Assembly: GCA_036021505.1 (NCBI GenBank)
Contig: JAYXVV010000009.1
Coordinates: 5,600-69,599, forward strand
Reading direction: 5' to 3'
DNA: 64,000 nt
Source of the DNA: Myxococcota bacterium
Lineage (GTDB): Bacteria > Myxococcota_A > UBA796 > CAJQPC01
This document shows, one piece after another, positions 28,734 through 40,840 of the stretch. The number at the start of each line of letters is the position of its first letter. The first letter of the stretch is position 1. The translations under genes and the position numbers were made by a program. Under the pieces are notes generated by a model, which worked only from the letters and a program-made list of their open reading frames with translations, ran no database searches and was not told where the DNA came from.

Positions 28734-30249
28734 CCTCGTCCTCGTCGGTGTACGTCAACAGCATGACCGTCACATTGTCTCGGCCACCTCCCAAATGGGC
28801 CGCCTTGACCAGCTCCTGTACGCAGAGCTTCGGATCGTCATAGTGGTTGATGATGGCCTCCATGTCGGGATCGTCTACCTCTCCCCAGAGTCCATCTGAA
28901 CACATCATGATTTGGTCGCCTTGCTGGAGATCGACCCGGAAGATGTCGATCTCCACGTCCCGTTCGGTACCTACGGTCCGCAAAAGGATGTGGGAGTGGG
29001 GATGATTTTTCGCCTCTTCCTGACCGATTCGACCTTGTTCCACCAAGCGAGCCACCAGCGAGTGGTCTTTGGAAACCTGGTGAAGCTGTCCATCTCGAAT
29101 CAGGTAGGCTCGGGAATCACCCACATTCGCAACCAAGCCAATCCCGTTGTGGATCAAGCAAGACACCAGCGTGGTGCCCATGTCTGAGCCACGACGCTCC
29201 CCCTCGTCCTTGATGGCGTTGTTGGCCCTCTGAAAGGACTCATCGAAGAGATTTTCGAGCGACTCTGCTGTTGTTTTTTTGAGGCTCACAAAACGCTGTC
29301 GGGCTTGAGCACAGATGGTCTTGATGGCCATCTCGCTTGCCACCTCACCGGCCTCATGCCCGCCCATTCCGTCGGCAACCGCATACAGCCGAGAATTCTC
29401 GCCGAGCTCCACCCAGCCCCAGTTGTCCTCATTCAGAGTTCTTGCAAGACCCACATCCGACATCGCAGACATCCCCGACGGGGCCATCTTGTCTTCCAGC
29501 TCATTGAAGAGACGCTCAACAGCCCGACCGTAGCTTCTTGGACTGTCGTAGCCACCGTCTTCTGCTTTCTGGAGAAAGTCTCGCAGGGGGTTGTGGTTGA
29601 CCGGTGTGAACATTCGAAGCATCGAGGAGAGGTCACCGAGTTCTCTCGAGCGGCTGTCCTCTGGAACCGGAGTTTCCAGGAGGTGAGCGACCGTCGGATC
29701 AAAGAGCAAAAAGCGATCTTCAGAGCGGCGATAAACGAAGGAATGCCGTCCCATTCCCTCCAGACTCACACCGTGACGATGGAGGAAGGCCAGCATTCCT
29801 GCAAATCGCTGGGAGAGGTGGAGAACTCGACCCAGCTCAAACGGAGCCGGGAGAGTCACCATCAAGGACTCTCCCCGATACTGAACCACACTGCACAACT
29901 GGCCAGAGGCTTCAAAGACAACGTCAGGACGGAGGAGAGCAGGATGCTCCAGACCCCTCTCGTGGAAGGCGATGTGGCGGTCAAAGTTGGCCTGGTCCCA
30001 ACGAACGGACATCATGTACTGGCGCTTGGCGGGAATCGGCTCGCCACATGAGACGCATCGCAATTCGTCTCTTGGCGTGGCGTCGGAGCCGCACATCCAA
30101 CAATGTCGAGTCGACTTGTCCGAACGCTGATCATGAACCACATAGATCATCCGTCCCTCGCAGAGCCGCCTCAACGAGTCCACCACGAAATGCTCCCCAA
30201 TCGGGGTTCCGGGTGGAAACGGTGCCGGGCGGCCTTTCGCGCTACCCAT
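28714..30249 (-). CDS. pseudokinase-like domain with inserted zinc ribbon fused to PP2C Ser/Thr phosphatase
   Basis: C-terminal PP2C: AVADGMGGHEAGEVAS, DMGTT, GDSRAY, MCSDGLW, GGRDNVT. The N-terminal 250 aa are kinase-fold-like but lack HRD/DFG. CWMC...CVSC lies at aa 50-68. Confidence 0.8.
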   Translation of the reverse strand: MGSAKGRPAPFPPGTPIGEHFVVDSLRRLCEGRMIYVVHDQRSDKSTRHCWMCGSDATPRDELRCVSCGEPIPAKRQYMMSVRWDQANFDRHIAFHERGLEHPALLRPDVVFEASGQLCSVVQYRGESLMVTLPAPFELGRVLHLSQRFAGMLAFLHRHGVSLEGMGRHSFVYRRSEDRFLLFDPTVAHLLETPVPEDSRSRELGDLSSMLRMFTPVNHNPLRDFLQKAEDGGYDSPRSYGRAVERLFNELEDKMAPSGMSAMSDVGLARTLNEDNWGWVELGENSRLYAVADGMGGHEAGEVASEMAIKTICAQARQRFVSLKKTTAESLENLFDESFQRANNAIKDEGERRGSDMGTTLVSCLIHNGIGLVANVGDSRAYLIRDGQLHQVSKDHSLVARLVEQGRIGQEEAKNHPHSHILLRTVGTERDVEIDIFRVDLQQGDQIMMCSDGLWGEVDDPDMEAIINHYDDPKLCVQELVKAAHLGGGRDNVTVMLLTYTDEDEVTANMM

Positions 30250-30320
30250 TCGACAACTCCTTGAGCGTGCAGACGAGGGAGAGACAGGATTCTACACCAT
30301 CCCAACCGCTGTGCTGCGGA

Positions 30321-31973
<1,653 letters not shown>

Positions 31974-32010
31974 AGCCGGGCTTGGAATCGCCTACCCGCT
32001 CCAATTGCCA

Positions 32011-32037
32011 ACGCCCCCGCTGTGAGGGCGAGGGCGT
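32011..32037. terminator. GC-rich hairpin between convergent tgt and repeat-lipoprotein genes
   Basis: ACGCCCCCGC / GCGAGGGCGT 10-bp stem (1 mismatch) with a 7-nt loop. There is no U-tract. Confidence 0.35.
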
Positions 32038-32067
32038 CGAAATCTGTCATCACAGGATGCTGGGTCG

Positions 32068-32883
<816 letters not shown>

Positions 32884-33007
32884 ACCAATCTCCTCGGAAT
32901 CCCTCGGATTCCTTCATCCCCCACAAGGTACGTCAAGCTCTCTCCGCTTTCAACCCCATGGAGCATTTCCAGACAGGATTCTGGACCAAAACTTGGACCC
33001 TCTCCCC

Positions 33008-33598
33008 TTATTCACCCAAAAAAATCCGATATTCTGGATCGGATTCTGGCTCAAAGAGCGGCTCTTCCGGAGCCGGCCAGTCATCGAGACGTACGCTGTC
33101 TAGGAAGCGTCCCCACTGTTCGAGCACTCCTGTGGACAGGGGATCGAGCCCCTGCAAAGTCAGGATGACGAGATACTCCGAGGCTCGCAGGTGCACCGAG
33201 GTTCCCATTCTCGAATGTGGGCCATGAAGCATTCGATACGTCGTGGCGACCGCGCGCCGATCCGCCACCGCGATTTCTTGACTCTCGAGGAGCTCCACAC
33301 GAAGACCCAAATCACGACCCCGAGACAAAGTGAGGGTATCCGCGACGACATCCAGCGGCATCTGACGAGCATCACCCCCCTCTGGGACCACCTCCAACCG
33401 GAGAAAACAACAGTCGTCTTGCGCTTCATAAACCACAAGGCGGTTCTTCAGGTAGCGCCGATTCTTGACCAAGTTCCAGCCTACAGGCTGTTCGAAACCC
33501 ACGGGAGAGACCGCCAACTGCTGCTCAAAATGCACCGCAGGTCCACAGCTTGAAAGAAGTGTACCCAGTCCGAAAATGAGCCCTGTCTGGAATTTCAC
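33008..33598 (-). CDS. predicted lipoprotein
   Basis: The GTG start overlaps the upstream TGA (GTGA). Signal/lipobox KFQTGLIFGLGTLLSSC. Confidence 0.55.
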   Translation of the reverse strand: MKFQTGLIFGLGTLLSSCGPAVHFEQQLAVSPVGFEQPVGWNLVKNRRYLKNRLVVYEAQDDCCFLRLEVVPEGGDARQMPLDVVADTLTLSRGRDLGLRVELLESQEIAVADRRAVATTYRMLHGPHSRMGTSVHLRASEYLVILTLQGLDPLSTGVLEQWGRFLDSVRLDDWPAPEEPLFEPESDPEYRIFLGE

Positions 33599-34476
33599 GA
33601 ATTCGAAATCCTCTGAAGCAAGGCCTCAGCAAGTTGTTCCGCTGCGGTTGCCGAGTGGCGAAAGAACAACGAAGGCTCCACGAGTTCAAGCTCGGTGAGA
33701 ACAAGCTGCCCTGAATCATCCGTCAACCAGTCCACACGCGCATAGAGCAGCTCACCCGATGGAGAGAACTCCGATGCGGCTCGAACCGCTCGATCCGAGA
33801 GTTCCCGCTGTTGAGCGGTGAGTTCTACGGGAAAATCCCTGGCCCCAAAATCATCCTGCACCCGGTAGTCACCCGGCTGCGGCACCTTTTGCACCGCGTG
33901 CGAAAAGCATCCCCCCATGTACAGGGCCGACAACTCTCCAACCTCTTCCACTGCAGACAGGTAAGGCTGAAGCATCATGCCCTCTTGGGCCAGCATTCGG
34001 TCGAGGTGACGCTGAGCTTGCTCAAGTTCATTCAAACCAAAGCGCAGAGTCTCCCGTGCCGTCGCCCCAACGGTTGGCTTCAAAAACCCCCTCTCCCAAC
34101 CCTGGGCTTGCATGCTCTCCGGAAGATCCACGGTGGACCCTGCCGCCAAAAAGAGTGTCGGCGCAATCGGAATGCCCCGCTCTTGGAGATCTTTGAGGTA
34201 GGTCTTCTCGGTGTTCCACCGAATGATTTTTGGAGGGTTGAAGAAGGGAATCTTTCGAGCCACCGATTCAGCCCACGCAACATAGGCCTCTCTGCGCTCC
34301 ATGTAGTCCCAAGTGGTCCGGATGAGGCAGGCATCAAAGTCCTCCCAGTCGACCTCGGGGTCGTCCCAACTCGGATGCGAGAGCACGGCTCCACGAGCCT
34401 CTAAACTGGCATGAAAGGGGGCATCATCCACCTCCCAGCCCGGTAGATTGGAACAACTGGCCAACGCAATTCTCAT
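33595..34476 (-). CDS. ATP-grasp domain protein (RimK/glutathione-synthetase-like)
   Basis: MRIALASC..., KTYLKDLQERGIPIAPT, FLKPTVGATAR, MLQPYL, ARVDWL..LVLTELELVEP. The ATG at 34476 was chosen. Confidence 0.62.
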   Translation of the reverse strand: MRIALASCSNLPGWEVDDAPFHASLEARGAVLSHPSWDDPEVDWEDFDACLIRTTWDYMERREAYVAWAESVARKIPFFNPPKIIRWNTEKTYLKDLQERGIPIAPTLFLAAGSTVDLPESMQAQGWERGFLKPTVGATARETLRFGLNELEQAQRHLDRMLAQEGMMLQPYLSAVEEVGELSALYMGGCFSHAVQKVPQPGDYRVQDDFGARDFPVELTAQQRELSDRAVRAASEFSPSGELLYARVDWLTDDSGQLVLTELELVEPSLFFRHSATAAEQLAEALLQRISNS

Positions 34477-34574
34477 GGAGGAAGCCCTAATCCTCGCTGC
34501 AGAGAAACACAAAGAAATGACGCACAACCGACGCACGGCTCAACTACAATTCCTGTGAACCGAGGAGACCCATC

Positions 34575-35069
34575 ATGCTGAGCGTCCTGCTTGCCCTGAC
34601 AGCCTGTTCCCCTTCCGGCGCGATTGAAACCGAATCGCCAGAAAGCGATACCTCCGAACAGGTCAACTCCCAGGCGGAACCGGTTGCGGACCTGAGTCTG
34701 TGGATTGGTCAGCGCACCTTCATCACAGACGATTGTTCGGAGCCCGCAACGGAAACAGGGCACGAACTCACCGCCGATAACTGGAACGACTACGAGGCGA
34801 CAAAAGACACCTGCCCCAACTGCGATCACATCTACTACGTGAGCGTCTCGCCGGACTCACTTTGTGGAGTTCCAGTGACCCAGGAGCGGTATCGCGGGGT
34901 GGATTTCATGGAAGACGGTCAAGCCATTGTCTATGACTTTGGGGGATGGTCCGGGGCGGAAATTCTTGATCCGAATGCCCAGTTTGACGGCTGGACCCTC
35001 ACTTACTCCTACGACTACAACTCTTGGTTGAGCATGGAAGGGGTTGTGGAATACCCCGAGGCCGAATGA
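34575..35069 (+). CDS. predicted lipoprotein
   Basis: GAGGAG lies before the ATG. Signal/lipobox MLSVLLALTAC. The mature protein is acidic. Confidence 0.55.
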   Translation: MLSVLLALTACSPSGAIETESPESDTSEQVNSQAEPVADLSLWIGQRTFITDDCSEPATETGHELTADNWNDYEATKDTCPNCDHIYYVSVSPDSLCGVPVTQERYRGVDFMEDGQAIVYDFGGWSGAEILDPNAQFDGWTLTYSYDYNSWLSMEGVVEYPEAE

Positions 35070-35881
35070 ATCTGGAGCTCTGGGGATCGGCCCTGTTCGC
35101 AGGGCTTGTCGCCATCGGCGTGACCCTTGCGATTGAGAAATTCGGAGGCCGAACCGGTGGCCTGATCGGCACCATGCCCTCTACCATAGTTCCAGCGAGC
35201 ATCGGCTTTCACCTCTCTTCTGCTCCTGAGGCTGCACGCGAGGCGCTGCTCGCGGTTCCATTTGGAATGGCGGTCAATGTGCTGTTTCTCTGGAGTTGGT
35301 CTGTACTGCCTTCACGGACCGTGGGTCCCCTGCGACTCGCCAAAGTGCTGGGGGGTGCACTCGGAATCTGGGCTGTTGCTGCAGCCGGATGCACGCTCAT
35401 GTTGGGGAGGCTGCCTTTTGACTTGGCGGGCCCCGCTGTCGTGATGACTGTTCTCATGATTCTTGTCGGGGCCTGGGCTTGTCGTGGTGCTCCTCCCTCT
35501 CCTGCAGGACACCGAAAGGTAGGCCTCATGAGCCTCCTCTCGCGAGGCTGGATGGCCGCAACTGCGATCGCCCTCGCTGTTTGGCTCTCCGATCAGAGTC
35601 CATTGTTGGCAGGGATGGCCTCGGTCTTTCCAGCAATCTTCATGACCACCATGGTGTCGCTCTGGATAGCTCAAGGAGAAAGCGTTCAAGCTGGCGCAGT
35701 CGGTCCGATGATGCTGGGCTCGACAGCTGTCTCCGTGTATGCACTACTTGCAACGCTAAGCCTGCCCCACCTGGGTCTTCTCTGGGGAAGTGTTGTCGCT
35801 TGGAAAGGCTCCCTGATCTTTGCCACCCTCCCCGCTTGGTGGTGGGTGCAACGCCACCCCGCAGAATCGCCCGCGGGTTAG
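35066..35881 (+). CDS. integral membrane protein (about 8 TM helices)
   Basis: The ATG overlaps the upstream TGA (ATGA). The protein is hydrophobic throughout, and I cannot name a family. Confidence 0.6.
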   Translation: MNLELWGSALFAGLVAIGVTLAIEKFGGRTGGLIGTMPSTIVPASIGFHLSSAPEAAREALLAVPFGMAVNVLFLWSWSVLPSRTVGPLRLAKVLGGALGIWAVAAAGCTLMLGRLPFDLAGPAVVMTVLMILVGAWACRGAPPSPAGHRKVGLMSLLSRGWMAATAIALAVWLSDQSPLLAGMASVFPAIFMTTMVSLWIAQGESVQAGAVGPMMLGSTAVSVYALLATLSLPHLGLLWGSVVAWKGSLIFATLPAWWWVQRHPAESPAG

Positions 35882-35891
35882 AGAAGCGCAT

Positions 35892-36848
35892 ATGTTTCCC
35901 TACCTCTACCAGGCCCCTGAGGGCGGTGTTTCCATCCCGACCTACGGCATGTTGATGATGCTTGCGTTTGTGGCCGCAACGGCGCTGGCTTTCTTTCGGA
36001 TGCGGCGTGTGGGTATCCATCCCGATCTCCTTCCTGGCATTGTGGTCATCGCCATTCTCTTGGGAATCTTTGGAGCGCGGCTGCTTCATTTTCTCGGTGC
36101 AGATCCTGGAGCTCTGACCAATCCCCTGGTTCTCTTCAAGCTCAATGAAGGGGGTATGGCCGTCTACGGAGGGGTTCTTGCCGCGGGCATCGGCTGCTTT
36201 GCCTACGCCAGAAGACGAGGCGTCAATCCCTGGAAGCTCTGCGATGCCCTGCTCCCCTGTTTCTTTTTGGCGCTGGCCATTGGTCGATTGGGGTGCATCG
36301 CCGCAGGATGCTGCCATGGCGCCGCCATTGGCGGCCTCACCGACTCCTCAGGTGCAGGAATGTTGGCGGGAGAAGCTCCCAAAGTGATTGCCAACCTCAC
36401 GGGCACCAGCCTAAGCGGCGGCTCCTTCGTCCAACTGGAAGGCGCTCCGTGGCTGGCAGCCGTCTACAACCCTGGGGTGGGTGTCGGAAGAATCTTTGAG
36501 GTGCCCTGCTACCCGACCCAGCTTTGGGAGATCCTTGCCGCACTGACGCTGTTCGGACTCCTTTCCTGGACCTGGGCTAAAAAAAGGACGTTCGACGGAC
36601 AAATCCTCGCCTTAGGAATGCTTTTTTATCCGTTTATTCGAAGCAACATTGAGCGGTTTCGAGGCGACGATTTGCGTGGGGTGGATCACTTTTCAATCCT
36701 CTCCACAAGTCAGGTGGTCTCCATCGCTGTTGCCATGACGGCTGTGATCATCTGGCGTGTTCGGTCCCCACTGGGTCTGTCGGAGGAAGTGGCGCTCGTG
36801 GCTGAAGAAGTCGAGGTGGACGAGGAGTTGTTCCAGGATTTGGACTGA
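35892..36848 (+). CDS. lgt: prolipoprotein diacylglyceryl transferase
   Basis: IPTYGMLMMLAF, GARLLHF, GGMAVYGG, IGRLGCIAAGCCHG, PTQLWE. Confidence 0.88.
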   Translation: MFPYLYQAPEGGVSIPTYGMLMMLAFVAATALAFFRMRRVGIHPDLLPGIVVIAILLGIFGARLLHFLGADPGALTNPLVLFKLNEGGMAVYGGVLAAGIGCFAYARRRGVNPWKLCDALLPCFFLALAIGRLGCIAAGCCHGAAIGGLTDSSGAGMLAGEAPKVIANLTGTSLSGGSFVQLEGAPWLAAVYNPGVGVGRIFEVPCYPTQLWEILAALTLFGLLSWTWAKKRTFDGQILALGMLFYPFIRSNIERFRGDDLRGVDHFSILSTSQVVSIAVAMTAVIIWRVRSPLGLSEEVALVAEEVEVDEELFQDLD

Positions 36849-36967
36849 CGAGGATTCGACAGTCTTCCGACCAAAATTCCACCACGGATGAAGGTTCCAT
36901 GTCGAGCCGATGCCGTTCCGTCTCTTGCTTTTCGAGCTTGGCACACGCCTTGCCTGACTTCTCAGGC

Positions 36968-37828
36968 ATGTCTACCTACCTCCAATTTCGAACGTCCAAT
37001 GCGCCCCTCCTTCTTTCCGACACCCAGAACTGTGTACGGCTCTGGAACCTGCTTCGACGACGTTTTCCAAAGGCTTATGCGGCGGTGGTGCTTCCAGACG
37101 GTGGCCACCTGTTGGTGCCCGACGACCACAAAGAAATTGCTCAGTATCGCCTTCAACTCCTGCTGCGTTTTCTCTTTCCCTCCGTCACCTGGATGAGCCC
37201 TCTTCCCCCGCTGTCGCGCATTGGCTCTGCGCGTACTCTCTCCACACTGAGGCACATTCTCCACCAACCCGTAGTGACTGGACGTTGTGCAGATCCCTGC
37301 AGCTGGACCTGGAGCAGCAGCCTCGATCTGATCGGAGCCATTGGCTCGCCATGGATGACTCCCCAATCCATCGAGTCCGACCTCGGCTCTCCAAGACCCC
37401 AGTTCCGAGACCAACTCTTCAACTACCTCAAGGTAAGTGACAAGGACGCTTTCGAGCCTCTGACTCGGCTTTCTTCGGCTCAACGGTCCCAAAAATTTCT
37501 CGCAGAGGACGTACTCGCAGCCATGGCGCTGTCAGCCCGAAAGACTCCGTTTCAAATTTTGAAAGAAGACCCAAAAGCCAAAGCGCTTCAGGTCTGGCCC
37601 CACAGCGGTGTAGGGCCAACTGAACTGCAGCACCGTGCCCTCCTGACTCCAAGTGAAAAACGCTGTCTGCTTACCCCCGCACTTCGACGCATCAGTCCTT
37701 TTGCCGCGGCTTACTCAGCACTTTCGAGCGACACTGGAAACTCCGGCCGGACACTCCGAAGCCACGCCTCAACCACCGCTGGAGTGGCCTCATCAAAGAG
37801 GGGATGGACAATGGATAGGGTGGTCTGA
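36968..37828 (+). CDS. hypothetical protein; possible degenerate IS200/RayT-like (Y1/HUH) transposase relic
   Basis: AYAAVVLPDGGHLLV resembles the hAYvLMpNHvHLLv HUH strand, but the first His is lost. LRHILHQPVVTGRCADPCSWTWSS resembles yrYIhlNPVRAGlv..P.dYpWSS, but the Tyr is lost. The 3' 118 nt overlap a convergent ORF. Confidence 0.3.
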   Translation: MSTYLQFRTSNAPLLLSDTQNCVRLWNLLRRRFPKAYAAVVLPDGGHLLVPDDHKEIAQYRLQLLLRFLFPSVTWMSPLPPLSRIGSARTLSTLRHILHQPVVTGRCADPCSWTWSSSLDLIGAIGSPWMTPQSIESDLGSPRPQFRDQLFNYLKVSDKDAFEPLTRLSSAQRSQKFLAEDVLAAMALSARKTPFQILKEDPKAKALQVWPHSGVGPTELQHRALLTPSEKRCLLTPALRRISPFAAAYSALSSDTGNSGRTLRSHASTTAGVASSKRGWTMDRVV

Positions 37829-38046
37829 CGACCGGTTCCGGACATGCTGCACAGCACCCCAAACAAGCCTGCAATCCCACGAGGGTCCCCGCTCTTGAGG
37901 ACGATTCGCACAGGACCCTCCGCGGGGAGTTCCCGTCCACTCCAAGCACTGGCGGTGCCATCCGGGCACCCATGAAGAACCCAGCCATCTTTCTCCAGCT
38001 GAGCATAGGCCTCTTGACCCAACTGAACGACCACACCGAGCTTCAT
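37711..38046 (-). CDS. small hypothetical protein
   Basis: It lies in line with the two upstream hydrolase genes. GAGAGGAAG sits 7-8 nt before the ATG at 38046 (MKLGVVVQ...). No family was recognised. Confidence 0.4.
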   Translation of the reverse strand: MKLGVVVQLGQEAYAQLEKDGWVLHGCPDGTASAWSGRELPAEGPVRIVLKSGDPRGIAGLFGVLCSMSGTGRQTTLSIVHPLFDEATPAVVEAWLRSVRPEFPVSLESAE

Positions 38047-38100
38047 TTTCGACTTCCTCTCTGCACTCATCGTGCCACTGAATGCACCAAAAGGGGAGGC

Positions 38101-39105
38101 CTATTCCGACGCTTCCCCTCGAAGCCAATCCACAATCAACGGGAAAATCTCCTGCTCAGCATGGGCTCCAAGCGGCAGGTCCAAATGCCCGTAATCTACT
38201 GAAAAACCAGTTGCTCTCCCTGCGATTACAAAGCGCTTTTCTTCACTCGAGATTTCCGTGAAGAACCCCGCGACACGATCGGGGGGAGCAATGCGGTCGC
38301 CCCGGCCGGCCACCACCAGGGTCGGCTGCTGGATGCCTCTGAGGCCCACGAGGTAGTTGTCTTTTCCGTCTGCACTCACAAACATCCCCTCGCGACCAAC
38401 AGCTTCCAACTGACGGAGCTCTCGAGCGTAGAGCGGAGAAACAATCTGCTCGTAGAGCTGCTCGCGAACAGGAGACTGAATGTCCACAAACAGCCATTCA
38501 TCGACGGGAAGAGGCGTACGAAAACGCCCATGGACCGAGGCAGCGAGGGGAGCGGGGAGATAGCCCGCCAAGGCACTTGACCACCGACCCAGACTCATGA
38601 GCGGCCCTGTCACCCGATCCGGATCCGAAAAATCCATGGGGGTGCCCACCACCACGAGGCGGTCCAAAGCAAGCTCCGGTTCATGGTGAAGAGCCACCGC
38701 CATGACCATTCCCCCCATCGAATGGCCGACGTAGTGAACCTTATCGAAGCCCGTCTTCTTCTGGATGAATGCCACCGCAGCCGGCACATCGTACTGCCCA
38801 TAGTCATCGACAGACCCGCCTCGCCGTTGCCGCTGCCCATCCGCTGAAAACTCAGCGAGCCCATGGCCTCGGAGATCCAACAGCCAGGGGTCGAATCCCG
38901 ACGCATGAAGTGCTGCTGCTAAGGATGGACCTCCCTCCAAATCCCAACAACGATGATTGGAGGAAATTCCATGTACGACCAAAACCGGCGGTCCCTCCCC
39001 GGGTCGGTGGCTCAAGGAGATGGTGGCCTTGTCCTGGGTTTGAACAGAATGCACCTCGGCCTCCGGAACACCCGCCCACAGCAACGCAGTCAACCACCAG
39101 CTCAT
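38101..39105 (-). CDS. alpha/beta hydrolase
   Basis: VLVVHGISSNHRCW, DLRGHG, and the nucleophile elbow GHSMGG. The ATG overlaps the upstream TGA (ATGA). Confidence 0.75.
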   Translation of the reverse strand: MSWWLTALLWAGVPEAEVHSVQTQDKATISLSHRPGEGPPVLVVHGISSNHRCWDLEGGPSLAAALHASGFDPWLLDLRGHGLAEFSADGQRQRRGGSVDDYGQYDVPAAVAFIQKKTGFDKVHYVGHSMGGMVMAVALHHEPELALDRLVVVGTPMDFSDPDRVTGPLMSLGRWSSALAGYLPAPLAASVHGRFRTPLPVDEWLFVDIQSPVREQLYEQIVSPLYARELRQLEAVGREGMFVSADGKDNYLVGLRGIQQPTLVVAGRGDRIAPPDRVAGFFTEISSEEKRFVIAGRATGFSVDYGHLDLPLGAHAEQEIFPLIVDWLRGEASE

Positions 39106-39845
39106 CACTGCTCCAAATACCTCTGGATCTCTCGGAAAACCGCCTTGTTGTGCAGAAGATCACCATGCTGAAGAGGATGCACGGTGAAGGCATCTGCTCT
39201 CCAGAAGCGCCGATCACTCCAGGTTTTCGACGGCAATCGAACACATTCCACCGGCGCCACGACATCCCCTCCGGAAGCAACCAAGAACACTTCCGCATCC
39301 GGGTCCCGTGCGGCCTCTCGTTGCGCCATCTCCAGATACGCATGCGCCAGTTCAGCAGAAACCGCCTCCATGGGAAGGCTTCCGAGCAGCTCCGTTGGCC
39401 ACGGCAGCCCCTCCACCACAGGCCCTGAGCGCGGAACCTTGGAGACAGTTGGTGTCATTTGAGGCCCGAGAGGAGCCCCCACCAAGACCATCTTGCGCGC
39501 CTTGGGATTCGCATCGACCACCAGTCTTCCCGCGTAGCCATGAGCCAAAAGGTCGTAGCTGCCGGGTGGCCAGATCTCATCAATGTGCTCGATCGAGTCA
39601 CGCACGGCTTGTTCAGAATCCGCCTCCGAGGGAGCAGAAAGAAGCCATACGTCGAATCCCGACTGCTCCAGCTGATGCTCCCAGTACACCGTCGCCGACC
39701 TGTCCACCCCCGGCGTGCTGACAATCACCACCCTCGGAAGGCCCTCAAAACTCCATCCGACATCCTCAAGAGCAGAGCGATCCTGTGCGAGAGCGGACCC
39801 TCCCCAAAGACCCATCACTGTGCCGATATGCCTCAACTTCATCAT
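39105..39845 (-). CDS. secreted alpha/beta-hydrolase-fold-like protein
   Basis: Signal peptide MMKLRHIGTVMGLWGGSALA. LLAHGYAG stands in place of the nucleophile elbow. AGGAA lies 7 nt before ATGATG. Confidence 0.5.
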   Translation of the reverse strand: MMKLRHIGTVMGLWGGSALAQDRSALEDVGWSFEGLPRVVIVSTPGVDRSATVYWEHQLEQSGFDVWLLSAPSEADSEQAVRDSIEHIDEIWPPGSYDLLAHGYAGRLVVDANPKARKMVLVGAPLGPQMTPTVSKVPRSGPVVEGLPWPTELLGSLPMEAVSAELAHAYLEMAQREAARDPDAEVFLVASGGDVVAPVECVRLPSKTWSDRRFWRADAFTVHPLQHGDLLHNKAVFREIQRYLEQ

Positions 39846-39913
39846 CCAATTTCCTAACCTAAAAAGAAGGAAGCTCTCCGCAAACACAGCGGAAATTGCG
39901 GTATTCTTCCGCT

Positions 39914-40840
39914 ATGGCTGGGCACACACTTCTCACAGGCGGAGCCGGTTTTATTGGATCAAACCTTGCTCGACATCTTGTGGAGCAGGGGCACCAAGTG
40001 AGGGTACTCGACAAGCTGACCTACGCCGGAGACCTGAAAAACATTGAAGGGCTGGACCTGGATTTTGTCCAAGGCGATGTGTGCAATGAGGACCTGGTGG
40101 CCTCCGCCATGAGAGGAGCTCGCCTGGTGATTCATGCCGCAGCGGAGTCCCACGTGACACGCTCTTTGGCAGATGCCGCTCCCTTCATCCGGAGCAACGT
40201 GGAGGGAACCCGAGTCGTCGTTCAGAACGCCGCGGACGCCGGAGTGGAACACTGCATCCACTTCTCCACGGATGAGGTCTTCGGCAGTACCCCACTCGGT
40301 CAACGATTTGGAACCGAAGCCCCCCACCGCCCCTCCAATGCCTACGCGGCCTCCAAAGCCAGTGCCGAGGCGTTTATTCAGGCGATTTCACAACGCTCAG
40401 GGTATCCCTGCACCATCTTGAGAATGACCAACAACTACGGTCCTCGTCAGCACCAAGAAAAAGCCATACCGTCCTGGATTGCCCATGCGCTCGCTGGCCA
40501 ACCCATCCCCATTGATGGCCAGGGCACCGCCGAGAGAGACTGGCTGCATGTCGACGACTTCTGTCGAGGAGTCCTCCGAGTCATCGAGAGAGGCACTCCC
40601 GGCGGGGTCTACCACTTCGCAGGACGAAACTCGCGCTCCAATCGATCCGTCGCAGAGTTCATCGCGTCACTGCACGGTCATCTACCGATTCAGGAGGGCC
40701 CTGAGCGACCCGGTCAAGATGCACGGTATTGGATCGACGACAGCCCAACACGAGACCACTTGGACTGGACCCCGCAGATTGCCTTTGAAGACGGCCTGCG
40801 TTCACTGATTCAGTGGACGGCCGAGCAGATCGCTGCATGA
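39914..40840 (+). CDS. rfbB: dTDP-glucose 4,6-dehydratase-like NAD-dependent sugar dehydratase
   Basis: TGGAGFIGSN, DKLTYAGD, HAAAESHVTRS, STDEVFG, YAASKA, NNYGPRQHQEKAIP. Confidence 0.82.
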   Translation: MAGHTLLTGGAGFIGSNLARHLVEQGHQVRVLDKLTYAGDLKNIEGLDLDFVQGDVCNEDLVASAMRGARLVIHAAAESHVTRSLADAAPFIRSNVEGTRVVVQNAADAGVEHCIHFSTDEVFGSTPLGQRFGTEAPHRPSNAYAASKASAEAFIQAISQRSGYPCTILRMTNNYGPRQHQEKAIPSWIAHALAGQPIPIDGQGTAERDWLHVDDFCRGVLRVIERGTPGGVYHFAGRNSRSNRSVAEFIASLHGHLPIQEGPERPGQDARYWIDDSPTRDHLDWTPQIAFEDGLRSLIQWTAEQIAA

